Counted from the first letter of the stretch, positions 7,969-18,347 are shown. The stretch: 32,000 nucleotides of DNA from Thermoproteus tenax Kra 1 (GCF_000253055.1 NC_016070.1:450001-482000), one strand, 5' to 3'. Notes: a model not told the origin generated them from the letters alone. Numbers and translations: made by a program.

Positions 7969-8358
7969 CTAAGTTGAAGTAGCTTGCTTCTTTTTGTTCA
8001 TCAACGCCATAACTGCCTGCACCAGATCGCCCTTCGCTTCCACAAGCGCGCGCTCTGCCTCCTCCCTAGTGGCGCCAGTCTGCTCCATGACCAAGGCTAT
8101 GTCTTCATCGCTCGGGGCATATTGGCTCTGTTGCGTCTGCGGCTGTCTCTTCTGGAGCCTCACGGAGGCCTCTTGAGTTTGAACTTGATATATGAGGGTC
8201 TTGTTGGGCATCTTTATCAAAGCGACCGCCGGCGCCTCTATTCTGAGCACGTCGCCGCTCTTGAGCCCTATCTCCACATAGGCGGCATCCACCTCCTCCA
8301 TCTTTATGCCCATCCTCTTGAGGTATCTCTCTATCTCCCTAGGATTTAGGGAGAACAT
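7969..8358 (-). CDS. nac: Nascent polypeptide-associated complex protein (archaeal NAC)
   Basis: NPREIERYLKRMGIKMEEVDAAYVEI, NAC core, C-terminal UBA-like DIALVMEQTGATREEAERALVEAKGDLVQAVMAL. Confidence 0.93.
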   Translation of the reverse strand: MFSLNPREIERYLKRMGIKMEEVDAAYVEIGLKSGDVLRIEAPAVALIKMPNKTLIYQVQTQEASVRLQKRQPQTQQSQYAPSDEDIALVMEQTGATREEAERALVEAKGDLVQAVMALMNKKKQATST

Positions 8359-11039
8359 CAGCTCAATGCCTCGCGGAGAGCTTTTAATATATCCGCAGCC
8401 GTGCCCTCGAAGACGCCGCCCGCGTAGGTCTTGGAGCCGCCTCCTCTGAAGCCGCGTTTGCGCAACTCGGCGGCGATCGGGCCCAGGTCCACTTGGGAGC
8501 CGCTGTACAGCTCCAGCTTCCTCCCGGAGCGCACGGCCAATATGAGCCTCGGGTTCTGTTCAGTGGCGATAGCCGCTATGGATCTGGCCAGATCGGCGTC
8601 GTCAAGCTCCAACACAGCCAGATCGGCCTTCGGCAGACTCTCTGCCTTCAACGACTTTGCCTGGAGCGTGGCGTATTCGGCCAAAAGCCTCTTGTACTTC
8701 CTCTCTATCTCCGCCCATTTCTCCAGGGCCTTGCCCAGCTGTTGCGCTACGTCGTCTCTGCCGACTCCGAGCGCCTTGGCCGTCGAGGCTAAGTCGCCCT
8801 CGATCCTCTGCACGTACTCCACAGCGTGTCTGCCCGTCGTGAAGATGAACCTCACTACGCCGTCGGCTATACGCTCCACACGCACTATCTTTATGAGGCC
8901 TATCTGGCCTGTGCTCGACAGATGGGTGCCCCCGCACGCCTGTACGTCGTACGGGTCGTCCTCAGGGCCTATCCTCAAGATCCTTATCTCTCTGGCGGGG
9001 ACCACGCCGCCTTGATAGATTATGAAGCCGAACTTTGATTCAGCCTCGTTCCTGGGCATCACGATGGGCCTCACGGGGAGATCCCTCATGACTATCTCGT
9101 TGGCCAACCGCTCTATCTTGGCCACCTCCTCCTCGGTGGGCATCTTGTAGTGTGTGACGTCCAACCTACTGAAGGGTATGTCCTTCTGGGCGCCGGCCTG
9201 CCATATGTGGGGGCCCAACACCCTCCTTATGCTCTGTATAAGCACGTGAGTGCCGGTGTGCATCCTCATCAGCGAGATTCGGCGGTCCCAGTCTATCTCG
9301 CCGTAGACCTCCTCTCCCTCCTTGGGAGGAGGTCCCTCTATCACGTGCACTATAACGCCGCCGAGCCTCTGGACGTCGACGACCTTCGCCTCTCCGCCGC
9401 TGTGCTTTATGACTCCTCTGTCCGCGGGCTGGCCGCCTCCCTCTGGATAAAAGACCGTCGCATCTAGGACTACGTATTTGCCGTCTATGACCCTCAAGAC
9501 CTTAGAGGTTGCAGACCTCCTGTACGGATCCTCGTAGAAGAGCTCGCGCGTCTTGGGCAGATCGGCCACCTTGGACAACCCGAGGGGCAGTTTGCCCGCC
9601 GCTTCCTGCTCCGCCCTCCTCGCCTGATGCCTGGCCGCCAGGCGGGAGTAGAAATCGTCGGGAACCTCGGCCTCTGCGCCTAACTTTCTGGCAACCTCCT
9701 GGGCCACCTCTGGCGGTATCCCGTAGCTGTCGTAGAGTTCCACCAGCTGTTCCGCCTTGAGGGACTTGCCGCCGGCCTTCTCCAGAGCCCTTCGGACCGC
9801 GGCGGGCGCCGACTTTATGACGTCCTTGTACTTCTTCTCCTCGAGGTCTATAAGCTCCAGAATTATATCGCGCGACTGCCAGACCTCGGGGTAGTCGTCC
9901 CTCAAGAAGCCCAGATGTAGGTCGAAGAGGTCCACCAGCGATGTCTCAATGCCGGCTATCCACAGGCTCTTGAGGGCTCTTCTGATGAGGAGCCTCGCGA
10001 GATATCCAGCGCCGGTGTTAGACGGTATAACTCCATCCGCTATCATCCAAGAGACCGTTCTGCTGTGATCCGCCAACACGTACAACGCCTCCTGTGGCCT
10101 CATGATCTCGCGGAACTCTCGGGGGTCTATGCCTATTTTCTCGGCCACAAGGTCGTAGGCTTTGGCGAGGCCGATCACCTCGGGGTCCATCTGGCCGAAG
10201 TACACAGAGGCCTTGCCCAATATGTGGGCCGGGGGCTCGGGCACGCCCAACTTCTTGCGGGCCGCCGAGAGGAACGGGCCGAAGACTGCGTCGTATACAG
10301 TGGGGGAGCCCTTGGCCATCCAGTATATCCTTTCCAGGCCGTAGCCTGTGTCCACGATCTTCAGAGGGAGCTCCACGTATTTCCCGTCCTTTACTTCGTA
10401 GTGCATAAACACCAGAGTGGCCACCTCGAGGCCTCTCACCAACACCTCGAAGCTCTCGCCGGCGTTTCCGCCGCCCTCCCACACAGACTCTTTGAAGGTT
10501 ATCTCGTCCTCGGGAATGCCCAGCTCCTTCGTGAAGAACTCGTAGGCGTACTCCGTGGTCTCGCTTATCCAGTATATATGCTTATCTGGATAGTTGAAAG
10601 CGTGGTGGGCCATCATCTCGAAGCCCGTGAGGTGTCTGCCGCTCCGCCCCACTTTGTCCACATCGGTGAGCCTAATCGACGGCTGAGATATTGTCAATGG
10701 GTTGGCCGGCGGAGGCACGGCGCCGCTCGTGACCCATGGTTGAAAGTCGTAGATAGACGCGCCCACAAGGAAGACGTCCTCGCGCCATCTGGCCACCACG
10801 GGGTACCTCTTGATCCTCGCGTGGCCCCTCTTCTCGAAGAAGGACAGAAACCTCTCCCTCAGATCTCTGATGCTTTCAACAGGCACTCTGACCGGCGAAT
10901 TGCCGATAAAGCCGTATGGAACGCACGGCTGATCGCCGCAGTAGACTTGGTCTTGCCGCAGAGTCCAGAAGTACGATTTGCACATAGGGCACTGTTTCCT
11001 GTGGAAGCCCGCCGTCTCGAATAATTTAGTCGAAAGCAC
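8358..11039 (-). CDS. alaS: Alanine--tRNA ligase
   Basis: [67 protein letters not shown]-terminal DHHA1. Likely start is GTG 11039 (893 aa); the track ORF extends to 11219. Confidence 0.96.
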   Translation of the reverse strand: MLSTKLFETAGFHRKQCPMCKSYFWTLRQDQVYCGDQPCVPYGFIGNSPVRVPVESIRDLRERFLSFFEKRGHARIKRYPVVARWREDVFLVGASIYDFQPWVTSGAVPPPANPLTISQPSIRLTDVDKVGRSGRHLTGFEMMAHHAFNYPDKHIYWISETTEYAYEFFTKELGIPEDEITFKESVWEGGGNAGESFEVLVRGLEVATLVFMHYEVKDGKYVELPLKIVDTGYGLERIYWMAKGSPTVYDAVFGPFLSAARKKLGVPEPPAHILGKASVYFGQMDPEVIGLAKAYDLVAEKIGIDPREFREIMRPQEALYVLADHSRTVSWMIADGVIPSNTGAGYLARLLIRRALKSLWIAGIETSLVDLFDLHLGFLRDDYPEVWQSRDIILELIDLEEKKYKDVIKSAPAAVRRALEKAGGKSLKAEQLVELYDSYGIPPEVAQEVARKLGAEAEVPDDFYSRLAARHQARRAEQEAAGKLPLGLSKVADLPKTRELFYEDPYRRSATSKVLRVIDGKYVVLDATVFYPEGGGQPADRGVIKHSGGEAKVVDVQRLGGVIVHVIEGPPPKEGEEVYGEIDWDRRISLMRMHTGTHVLIQSIRRVLGPHIWQAGAQKDIPFSRLDVTHYKMPTEEEVAKIERLANEIVMRDLPVRPIVMPRNEAESKFGFIIYQGGVVPAREIRILRIGPEDDPYDVQACGGTHLSSTGQIGLIKIVRVERIADGVVRFIFTTGRHAVEYVQRIEGDLASTAKALGVGRDDVAQQLGKALEKWAEIERKYKRLLAEYATLQAKSLKAESLPKADLAVLELDDADLARSIAAIATEQNPRLILAVRSGRKLELYSGSQVDLGPIAAELRKRGFRGGGSKTYAGGVFEGTAADILKALREALS

Positions 11040-11320
11040 GTATACCAGTTCCCATTTATTAAGATACCTGCGCACGTTTTCTCTAGAGGTCAGTCCCGCT
11101 GAAGTTTGCTCATCGATCCTCTGAACCCCCTTCTCATCAGCCCGCTTCGCGTCGCAGGCCTCCCGGGAGAGGCCTCCGGCCGCCGGGGCGGCCCAGAGCG
11201 GATAGCGGCTTATTTCCATCAGTTTTAAGAGCTTAAAAGCTCTATGCGGAGTCCCCAGGGGCGGCGCGGCCGACGCTTCGCATGCAGTTTAATGGGGGTT
11301 TCCCAGTACTCCAACGGGCT

Positions 11321-11614
11321 ATGGAGGCTCGACCTTCTGGCGTGCCCTCTTGTCGGCAGATGCCCTCCTCTAGGCCGTGGAGAGAGCTTATTAGCCCCGC
11401 CCTCGTTGTAGCGGACCGCCTCGCGGAGCTGAGTTTAATGCATCATTTCGCTGTAGCCAGGCGCCTTAGGGAGGGCTCGGCTGGGCTATATACGGCACCG
11501 ATGTGCAGGGGATGTCTAAGTTGGGGCAGGCGCCTATGGAGTAGAGCCTCTGAGGCTTCACAAGCTCCAAGAAGAGGCGCAGAGGCCGCTCTGGGTCTAA
11601 CAAGGGCGCCTTAG
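11321..11614 (+). CDS. Doubtful small ORF with one CxxC, overlapping the 3' end of the DHH gene
   Basis: MEARPSGVPSCRQMPSSRPWRELISPALVVADRLAELSLMHHFAVARRLREGSAGLYTAPMCRGCLSWGRR... TTTAATG-like box about 31 nt upstream. Extensive 3' antisense overlap lowers support. Confidence 0.25.
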   Translation: MEARPSGVPSCRQMPSSRPWRELISPALVVADRLAELSLMHHFAVARRLREGSAGLYTAPMCRGCLSWGRRLWSRASEASQAPRRGAEAALGLTRAP

Positions 11615-12419
11615 CCACGGCGCCTGCCGCATATCTATGCCCTCCTCCGCCCATTGCGACCGCCACCTTGGTGCAGTCGTAGCCCGAGCCCCTCTCTGCG
11701 CCGCAATAGAGTCTGTAGGTCCTTCTGCTGAGTCTCACTAGGATGTTCACATATATCGCGCCCTTTTTCTGGAGGGCTATGGCTAAGGATCTGTAGGATA
11801 TGGGGAGCTTGACCGGGCTGTATACGGCGAGGGAGCTCTCCGCCGGTATCAGCTCGGCCAGTTTGGCCACCAAGGAGCTCAGCTGGCGCCCTCGCTCCAC
11901 CAGAGGCCTCACGGCCGCATCCTTCAGACAGGCGAGCCCCCTTTCTGCCAGAGCTCTTATCAAAGCCAACTTTTCGTTGTATCTGGCGTAGCGGACTGCG
12001 GCGTCCAGATCCCTCACTGCATCGTCCCTTATATCCGCCGTGTCTGTCTGGCGGGCCGCCTCAGCTATCTGCTCCGCTATGGGGTCGCCTGATAGTCCCA
12101 AAGCCTTGAGCGCCAGAACTGCCGAAGCGGGCGCGTCGGGATCGTAATATTCCCTCTCGGCGCACGGCCTGTTGGTGGCGTGATGGTCGGCTCTGAGCTT
12201 GGCCTTGCCTGGACACGGCAGATCCGCCACGAAGTCCCACTTGAACCACTTGAGCCACCTCCCCCTCTGGACATCCGTCGGATAGGCCAACACGACCACC
12301 CCGTTGGGGAACCTTCTGAGGAAGAGCGCGGCGGAGCCTATGCCGTCTACGTCGTTGGCGTCACAGAGGGCGAGCGGGCTTCCCATGGCCTTTGCCTTAA
12401 GTGCGTCGAGAAACCTCAC
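11466..12419 (-). CDS. DHH-family phosphoesterase (RecJ-like / single-strand exonuclease-like)
   Basis: CDANDVDGIGSAALFLRRFP, ADHHATNRPC, C-terminal DHHA1-like GGGHRYAAGA. TATA position favours GTG 12419 over ATG 12440. Confidence 0.85.
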   Translation of the reverse strand: MRFLDALKAKAMGSPLALCDANDVDGIGSAALFLRRFPNGVVVLAYPTDVQRGRWLKWFKWDFVADLPCPGKAKLRADHHATNRPCAEREYYDPDAPASAVLALKALGLSGDPIAEQIAEAARQTDTADIRDDAVRDLDAAVRYARYNEKLALIRALAERGLACLKDAAVRPLVERGRQLSSLVAKLAELIPAESSLAVYSPVKLPISYRSLAIALQKKGAIYVNILVRLSRRTYRLYCGAERGSGYDCTKVAVAMGGGGHRYAAGAVAKAPLLDPERPLRLFLELVKPQRLYSIGACPNLDIPCTSVPYIAQPSPP

Positions 12420-12464
12420 GGGACGGAGGCCGTGTTTCATTTAAAAATATCAATTGTTAGCTCG

Positions 12465-13019
12465 TTGGAGCTGGGCTTCTTGGGCCGGAGGAGGTGTTTC
12501 GAGGAGGTCAAGAGATACGTCTTCAGAATAGCCTACGGAAGGCGGGACCTCACCTTGATAGATGCAGCCGTTAGGGAGTCGGACGGAGTGTATATCGATT
12601 GCGCGGGGGATTTGGTGTCTCAACTCTTCTCGGCGTTGGCCAACGCTCTGCCGGGATCCTCGTTGGGCATAGACTTGGGCGAGTCCCGCAACGGAGTAGT
12701 TATGGTCTGGAGGGGGGAGCCCGTGTTGCACGCCGTGGTCTCCGCCCAGAAGCTGAGAGAGCTCCTGCTCCTCATCAACGGCGCAGCTGAGGTCTCGGTC
12801 GGCTATTCGCCCCACGCCGATCCCTCGGCCATATTGCCCGAGCTCAAGAGGCTCTGCGCGGCGGGCGCCAAAATAAGGCTCATCGACGAGATGGGCGCCT
12901 CTAGGGGCAGATTCTGGATGTGGAGGAAGTACCCCTTCTTGAGCGAAGACGAGGTGGACGCGCTTATATTCACGCTGGCCCCAGGTATTTCACTCGATAT
13001 ATGCGGCAAACCTTTTTAA
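12465..13019 (+). CDS. Putative RuvC/YqgF-like RNase H-fold protein
   Basis: GIDLGESRNGVVMV, IRLIDEMGASRG, SEDEVDALIFTLA match the order of YqgF/RuvC acidic motifs. Start uncertain (TTG 12465 or 12480); the upstream part of the track ORF lies antisense to the DHH gene. Confidence 0.55.
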   Translation: MELGFLGRRRCFEEVKRYVFRIAYGRRDLTLIDAAVRESDGVYIDCAGDLVSQLFSALANALPGSSLGIDLGESRNGVVMVWRGEPVLHAVVSAQKLRELLLLINGAAEVSVGYSPHADPSAILPELKRLCAAGAKIRLIDEMGASRGRFWMWRKYPFLSEDEVDALIFTLAPGISLDICGKPF

Positions 13020-13039
13020 TTTAAGCGTTCTCTTAATAG

Positions 13040-13204
13040 GTGTACGTCGTGAGGTGCCTCAGCTGCGGCTTCGTGCTTTATCAGGGCGCCGAGCCCAAGA
13101 CGGTGGAGGCCGTTATCAAGATGTGGGGCGGGTATTGCCCCAAGTGCCTCTCCCCCCTTGAGAAAAGGCCTGTTAAAATCGGTCTGAAGCTCTTGGCAAA
13201 ATAA
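13040..13204 (+). CDS. 54-aa zinc-ribbon protein (absent from ORF track)
   Basis: GTG start: MYVVRCLSCGFVLYQGAEPKTVEAVIKMWGGYCPKCLSPLEKRPVKIGLKLLAK*. CxxC...CxxC. TATA-like TTTTTAATTTAA centred about 22-26 nt upstream. Confidence 0.75.
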   Translation: MYVVRCLSCGFVLYQGAEPKTVEAVIKMWGGYCPKCLSPLEKRPVKIGLKLLAK

Positions 13205-13214
13205 TTTATAGAGG

Positions 13215-15584
13215 GTGCATTCCTTGGCCATGGCTCTTCGGTCAAGCCAGTCTGCCAAGCCTAGGGACTGGCTCTGGACAGGCGTCATGGCCAGCTCCCT
13301 CCTGGCCACCTTCGCCATGGCGCTCTACTTCAGAATGTACAGAGTCTACTACTGGGGCTGGTGGATAGACGAGTTCGACCCATACATCCGCTACTATCTG
13401 GCACAATACACTCTTCAACACGGCATATCTTGGTGGTTCCAAGGCGCGCGCTTCGCGGACTTCTGGTACCCATGGGGCATCGACTGGGCCAGAGTGTTGA
13501 TCCCCGGAGTCTCGTTGTACGGCCTCTCAGTCTACTTCCTGTTGAGGCCGTTCGGCTTCGACCTCTGGCACGCCGTAGTGGTAGCCCCAGCGCTGTACAA
13601 CTCGCTGGCGGTGTTCACTATGTATTACTTCGTCTCAAGATTCAGCGATAAGAAGAACGCGCTTCTGGCCGCCATCTTGGCCGCCTATGCCCCCACCTAT
13701 CTGCAGAGGGGCTTCGGCGGATGGTTTGACGACGAGGCGCTGACTTTGTTCCTAGCGCCGCTGGGGCTCGGGCTCCTCGTCGAGGCCCTCAAGAGGAGAC
13801 CCGTCTTGTACGGTCTGTTGGGCACGGCGGCCATCGGCTTCATCGCTTGGACTTGGGGCGCGCAGTTCTATATATGGAACTTGGTGGGCTTCTCCGCACT
13901 TCTGTTGGCGGCCTACGCCATATTGCGGACGGCGCAGGGCAAGTCGCCGGGCTTCTCTGTCAAGAACTTGGCCATCTCGTACGCCATATTCTACTTCCTG
14001 TTCGCCGCCTTTGAGTCGGCGGTCTTAAGATACGGCCCTCACATGCTCCTTTCGGTCTACAACTTCATCCCCACTCTCGGCCTTGTAGCCACTGTGGGGC
14101 TCTATTTGGCCGAGGCCTACGTGGGATTGGACAGATCCTATAGGATCTTAAGGCGTGTGGCCGTGCCTGTGGCGGTCGCCGTCGCCGCCGTGGCGGCGGC
14201 CATACCTATTTTAGCCTATTTCCACATAATTGGCGGCAAGTTCCTCGCGACCATACTCCCCATAGGCCGTTCGGCGATAGTGCAGAGCGTGGCCGAGCAC
14301 ACATATTCGACCTTCGGCATAGAGGCGGTCTCCTACGGGCCTCTCGTCCCCTTCATCATAGCCTCAGTGCCCTTCCTGGCCAACCCCTACGGTCTGGGGC
14401 TCCTCGCCTACTTAGTCACGGGCAGCTACACCGCTGTGACTGAAGTGCGTTTGTTGATACTATTGGCCCCGGCGGCGGTCGCCGCGGCGGCCGTGGGCAT
14501 GGGCCAACTCATGAGAGTAAGGCGTTTCGGCTGGGCCGCCGCTCTACTCGCGGTCATATCGGCGGCTGTGTTTGTAGGGCTTGGGTGGTCCCAAGCCACA
14601 GCGCCTCAACAGATAGTCGTGTCCGCTACAGCGGGCCCGTCAGTGCCCAGCGCGGACTGGTTGGACGCCCTCATGTGGATGGCGACGCGGCTACCGCCCA
14701 ACGCCTCCGTGGCCGAGTGGTGGGACTATGGATATTGGGTGACGATCTTGGGCCACCGTCCCAGCCTCGCGGATAACTCGACGGTTAACTCGACCCAGAT
14801 AGGCACTATAGGCCTGGCCTTTATGTCCCCCGTGAACATAGGGGAGGAGATCTTCGCGAAGGATCTCAAGACTGACTACGTAGTGGCGTTTATGCCGTGG
14901 TCGGCGCTGTGCACGAACCCAAGCTATAAACAGTTCGGCCTCTGGAGCAACAACGTCGTGCCTCTGGGCAACGCCACCGGTTGGTTCGCCTTGCCCTTCT
15001 GCACTCTGGTACCAGAGATACCGGCCGGCGGCGACTTCCTCAAGTCCTACTGGATGGCCCAGATAGCCTACCAGATATATGGGGAGAACGTGGGCCAGTT
15101 CGGACTGCCCAAGAGCTACGCCCAACATTTGGCCGAACCCTTCGGCTACTTCTTCACAGGCACTTCGCAGACGGGGCCCTTCTTCGCTGTCGGCAACCAG
15201 TTCGTGATAGTCCCCCTCAATTTGACCACTCTGTTGTACACCATGTTGTTCAACCTAGAGAGAGTCTATTGGATGTGGACTCCCAACGCTTACGCCAGCT
15301 ACGGCTATCCCACGTGGATCTTCGCTGGAGTGCCCGCCGTGAATATCTTGACCGGCAACGAGACCTTCCTCCCGTGGCTACAGTACTACTTCTACGCGAA
15401 GATACCGCCGCAAAACCAGCCCATTCTAGGGTCGCTCTGTACTGTGAACAACGCCGGCTTCTGCTACCCTGTGGCCGGCTTAAACGCCACAGGCTTCGTG
15501 GCGGCGAGCCCGCCTCCCAATCTGAAGCTGATATACGTGTCGCACCCCTACGGTTGGGTCGTCGTCTACGAGATAAAGAGCTGA
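13215..15584 (+). CDS. aglB: Oligosaccharyltransferase Stt3/AglB, protein N-glycosylation
   Basis: WWIDEFDPYIRYYLA, multiple TM segments, FGGWFDDEAL, catalytic WWDYGYW motif. Confidence 0.94.
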   Translation: MHSLAMALRSSQSAKPRDWLWTGVMASSLLATFAMALYFRMYRVYYWGWWIDEFDPYIRYYLAQYTLQHGISWWFQGARFADFWYPWGIDWARVLIPGVSLYGLSVYFLLRPFGFDLWHAVVVAPALYNSLAVFTMYYFVSRFSDKKNALLAAILAAYAPTYLQRGFGGWFDDEALTLFLAPLGLGLLVEALKRRPVLYGLLGTAAIGFIAWTWGAQFYIWNLVGFSALLLAAYAILRTAQGKSPGFSVKNLAISYAIFYFLFAAFESAVLRYGPHMLLSVYNFIPTLGLVATVGLYLAEAYVGLDRSYRILRRVAVPVAVAVAAVAAAIPILAYFHIIGGKFLATILPIGRSAIVQSVAEHTYSTFGIEAVSYGPLVPFIIASVPFLANPYGLGLLAYLVTGSYTAVTEVRLLILLAPAAVAAAAVGMGQLMRVRRFGWAAALLAVISAAVFVGLGWSQATAPQQIVVSATAGPSVPSADWLDALMWMATRLPPNASVAEWWDYGYWVTILGHRPSLADNSTVNSTQIGTIGLAFMSPVNIGEEIFAKDLKTDYVVAFMPWSALCTNPSYKQFGLWSNNVVPLGNATGWFALPFCTLVPEIPAGGDFLKSYWMAQIAYQIYGENVGQFGLPKSYAQHLAEPFGYFFTGTSQTGPFFAVGNQFVIVPLNLTTLLYTMLFNLERVYWMWTPNAYASYGYPTWIFAGVPAVNILTGNETFLPWLQYYFYAKIPPQNQPILGSLCTVNNAGFCYPVAGLNATGFVAASPPPNLKLIYVSHPYGWVVVYEIKS

Positions 15585-15622
15585 GGGCGCTCAATTTTTA
15601 AACAACATTGAAAGCCTCGGCC

Positions 15623-16420
15623 ATGAAGCTCTCCAGAAAAGATCTTCCAGACGTAGGCGAGTTGGTCATAGGCACTGTGAAGAAGATAGCCGATCACGGA
15701 GCCTACGTCTTCCTAGACGAGTACGATGTAGAGGCCTTCGCGCCCACCCAAGAGCTTGTTCAATCTTGGTTCCACTCCATTAGAGAGTACGTAAAGGAGG
15801 GACAGAAGGCAGTGTTCAAGGTCACATCTGTGAACCCCAAGATGAGGGTCGTCGAGGTATCGCTCAAGAGAGTGAGAGATCAAGACAAAGAGAGAAAGCT
15901 CCTCCAGTGGAGGAGGGGGCTCAGAGCCTACAAACTGTTGGAGCTAGCCGCGTCTAAGGCCGGCGTGTCTCAACAAGAAGTGATAAAATACTACTGGGCG
16001 TTGGAGGACGCCTTCGGGGATCCACTGAGGGCCTTTGAGGATATAGTCAAGGTGGGGCCCGAGGTGATAAAGGGGGCGAGGCTTCCGCCGAAGCTGGAGC
16101 AGGCGGTGATAGAGGTGGCACAACAACATATAGAGCTCCCCGAGGTCAAGATATCGGGGGTGATAAAGGCGGTGAGCATAGAGAGCGATGGAGCAGACAG
16201 GATCAGAGATATGCTCAAGTCCGTGGCCGAGGCCGTGAAAAAGAAACATCCGCAGATAACGATGAAGTTGTACGTGATCGGCCCGCCGAGGTATAGAGTT
16301 GACTTGGCCGGCAAATTGCCCAAACAGCTGGAGGCTGCGTACAACGATCTGGCCACAGCACTTCAGGAGGCGGCCAAAAAGTATAAGGTTATCGCCTCTC
16401 TACAGAGGATCGAGAAATGA
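15623..16420 (+). CDS. eif2a: Translation initiation factor aIF2 alpha subunit
   Basis: PDVGELVIGTVKKIADHGAYVFLDEYD S1 domain, VNPKMRVVEVSLKRV, C-terminal aIF2-alpha region. Confidence 0.95.
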   Translation: MKLSRKDLPDVGELVIGTVKKIADHGAYVFLDEYDVEAFAPTQELVQSWFHSIREYVKEGQKAVFKVTSVNPKMRVVEVSLKRVRDQDKERKLLQWRRGLRAYKLLELAASKAGVSQQEVIKYYWALEDAFGDPLRAFEDIVKVGPEVIKGARLPPKLEQAVIEVAQQHIELPEVKISGVIKAVSIESDGADRIRDMLKSVAEAVKKKHPQITMKLYVIGPPRYRVDLAGKLPKQLEAAYNDLATALQEAAKKYKVIASLQRIEK

Positions 16421-16638
16421 GGTCTCTGTTGATGCGCTGCACTAGGTGCGGGGCCTACACCCTCCGTAAAGATGTCTGTCCGAAGTGCGGAGGCCTCTGG
16501 AGTGCCCCATCCACCGAAGTACAGCCCGAGGACAAATATCAAGTCTACAGAATCAAGATGAGGGTGATGGCGGGCGAGATAAAAGTCTCCGAGGAGACGA
16601 AAAGAAAACTTTTGGGAGAGGCGCAGTCTACAACCTAA
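16417..16638 (+). CDS. nop10: H/ACA ribonucleoprotein Nop10
   Basis: MRCTRCGAYTLRKDVCPKCGG, PEDKYQVYRIKM, directly after aIF2-alpha. Confidence 0.93.
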   Translation: MRSLLMRCTRCGAYTLRKDVCPKCGGLWSAPSTEVQPEDKYQVYRIKMRVMAGEIKVSEETKRKLLGEAQSTT

Positions 16639-16711
16639 GCTCTCCTCGGCCTGGGCAATGACGTAGAAAAACGCGCCCTCTCTAACGGCTCAACTCTGGC
16701 GCCCCGGGCGT

Positions 16712-17572
16712 TCACGCCGATCTTTTAAAGAGCTCCAAAATTGCCGAGAAGTCCCTCTCAGAGAGGCCCATCCCCTCCGCGAATCTATAGAGCTGGAGCG
16801 CCAATGCCGAGAGCGGCAGAGGGGCTCTGATGCGCCTTGCCTCTTGTTGGACGATCTCCAGGTCCTTCCTCATGTGTTTCATGGCGAACTGCACTGAGTA
16901 GTCCCCCTGGGCCATCTTAGGTGCTTTCAATTCCGCAGTGGGGGATCGCGCGGAGCTGTACTTCGTCAGTAGATCCACTAAGAACCTCGGGTCCAGACCG
17001 GCTTTAAGGCCGAAGTTGAATGCCTCAGCCATGGCCGCCACATAGGCCCCCAACAACAAGTTGTTGACGAGCTTGGCGTACAAGCCATATCCATTGGGCC
17101 CCACGTAGATCACCGAGTTGGACGTATGGGAGAGCACCTCCTTCACTAGGTCGAGCCTCTCTTGAGGGCCTCCCACTAGGATCACGATCTGTCTCCTCTC
17201 AACTGCTATCGATGTGCCGATGACGGGCGCGTCGTACATTAGCCCTCCGGCAGCCATTATCTGTTGGGCAAGGCCCACGGAGGTCGTCGGCGATATAGTG
17301 GACATGTCTATCAGTACTTTGCCCTTCATTTTCTCCCTCAGAGCGCCCACGATGGACAAAACGGCCTCGTCGTCGGACAACATAGTTATGATAACGTCGG
17401 TTCTCTCGGCCAAATCTTGAGGCGTATCGGCGGCAAGTACGCTATATTTCCTCGAGAACTCCTCGGCCTTGTGTCTCGATCTGTTATATACAGCGGCGAG
17501 GAGCCCGTCGGAGGCTAAGTTGGCCGCTATGCGCCAGCCCATAACTCCTAGCCCGATTAAGCCCACTCTCAT
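16712..17572 (-). CDS. 3-hydroxyisobutyrate / beta-hydroxyacid dehydrogenase family protein
   Basis: MRVGLIGLGVMGWRIAANLA, DMSTISP, DAPVIGTSIAV, KLVNNLLL. TATA supports ATG 17572. Confidence 0.85.
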   Translation of the reverse strand: MRVGLIGLGVMGWRIAANLASDGLLAAVYNRSRHKAEEFSRKYSVLAADTPQDLAERTDVIITMLSDDEAVLSIVGALREKMKGKVLIDMSTISPTTSVGLAQQIMAAGGLMYDAPVIGTSIAVERRQIVILVGGPQERLDLVKEVLSHTSNSVIYVGPNGYGLYAKLVNNLLLGAYVAAMAEAFNFGLKAGLDPRFLVDLLTKYSSARSPTAELKAPKMAQGDYSVQFAMKHMRKDLEIVQQEARRIRAPLPLSALALQLYRFAEGMGLSERDFSAILELFKRSA

Positions 17573-17633
17573 ATACGGCAATGAATACCCCAATTAAAGC
17601 ATGAACGTTTTAATCTAGGTCTCGATCCTTGTC

Positions 17634-18347
17634 GTGATAAAGGCCGTCTTCTTCGACTTGGACGGAACGCTTATCGACGACGTTGAGGCAAGGAAGAGGG
17701 CCCAGTTCGCCGTCGCCAAGTTTATGACGGAACGATACGGCGTGAGGCTACACAAGGCGGCCGAGCTAATCGCCAAAATAGAGGAGGAAATGGATATGGC
17801 GCGCCGCTACAGAAGGGAGGATCGGTGGCGCGCCCTCTTCGAGAGACTCGGCTTCATCTACGATGGAGAAATCGGGGGCCTCCTCACGAAGATCTACTTC
17901 GCAGAACTAATGGAGGCCATGCGCCCCTTCAAGGACGCCAGAGTGCTTCTGAGCTACCTGCGCGGGAGAGTCAGGCTCGGCATCATCACCGACACCGACG
18001 GCGAGCCGGGCCTCAAGAGGGAGAGGATAAAGAGAAGCGGCCTGCCTCTAGATCTCTTCGATATAGTAGTCGTTGCTGGGGAGGACACAGCGGACACCAA
18101 GCCGAGCGCGTCGCCGTTCAGTTTCGCGATGGCCAAGTTGGGATTGGGTCCGTGGCAGGCGGTCTACGTCGGCGATAAGGCGTATGCCGACGTGCCGGGG
18201 GCGCGAGAGGCCGGCATGTATACAGTCATAGTCCACAGAGGGGCGCACAGCGAGCCGAAGTCGCCCGAGCAGCGCCCCGATCTGATGCTGGGCTCTCTTG
18301 CGCAACTCCAGTTTGTATTAAGGTGGCCTGAGCGCGCCCTTCGCTGA
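17634..18347 (+). CDS. HAD-superfamily hydrolase
   Basis: VFFDLDGTLIDD, LGIITDTDG, KPSASPFSFAMAKLG, AVYVGDKAYADVPGAREAG. Confidence 0.9.
   Translation: MIKAVFFDLDGTLIDDVEARKRAQFAVAKFMTERYGVRLHKAAELIAKIEEEMDMARRYRREDRWRALFERLGFIYDGEIGGLLTKIYFAELMEAMRPFKDARVLLSYLRGRVRLGIITDTDGEPGLKRERIKRSGLPLDLFDIVVVAGEDTADTKPSASPFSFAMAKLGLGPWQAVYVGDKAYADVPGAREAGMYTVIVHRGAHSEPKSPEQRPDLMLGSLAQLQFVLRWPERALR

Noticed and set aside
7590-7982. Plus-strand ORFs over the TnpB-like gene (7590-7982 and 7639-7977)
   Set aside because: Low-complexity Arg/Ser/Leu-rich antisense shadows of a recognisable protein on the other strand.
10065-11024. 319-aa plus-strand ORF antisense to alaS
   Set aside because: alaS on the other strand has unambiguous motifs. 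GC-rich genomes give long antisense frames; the composition (VEALRVH-like) is typical of a mirror frame.
12180-12464. N-terminal part of the 279-aa ORF 12180-13019
   Set aside because: Antisense to the DHH gene and upstream of the likely promoter; the real protein probably starts near 12465-12480.
13016-13318. 100-aa minus-strand ORF over the zinc-ribbon gene and aglB start
   Set aside because: Antisense to two better-supported genes with promoter evidence.
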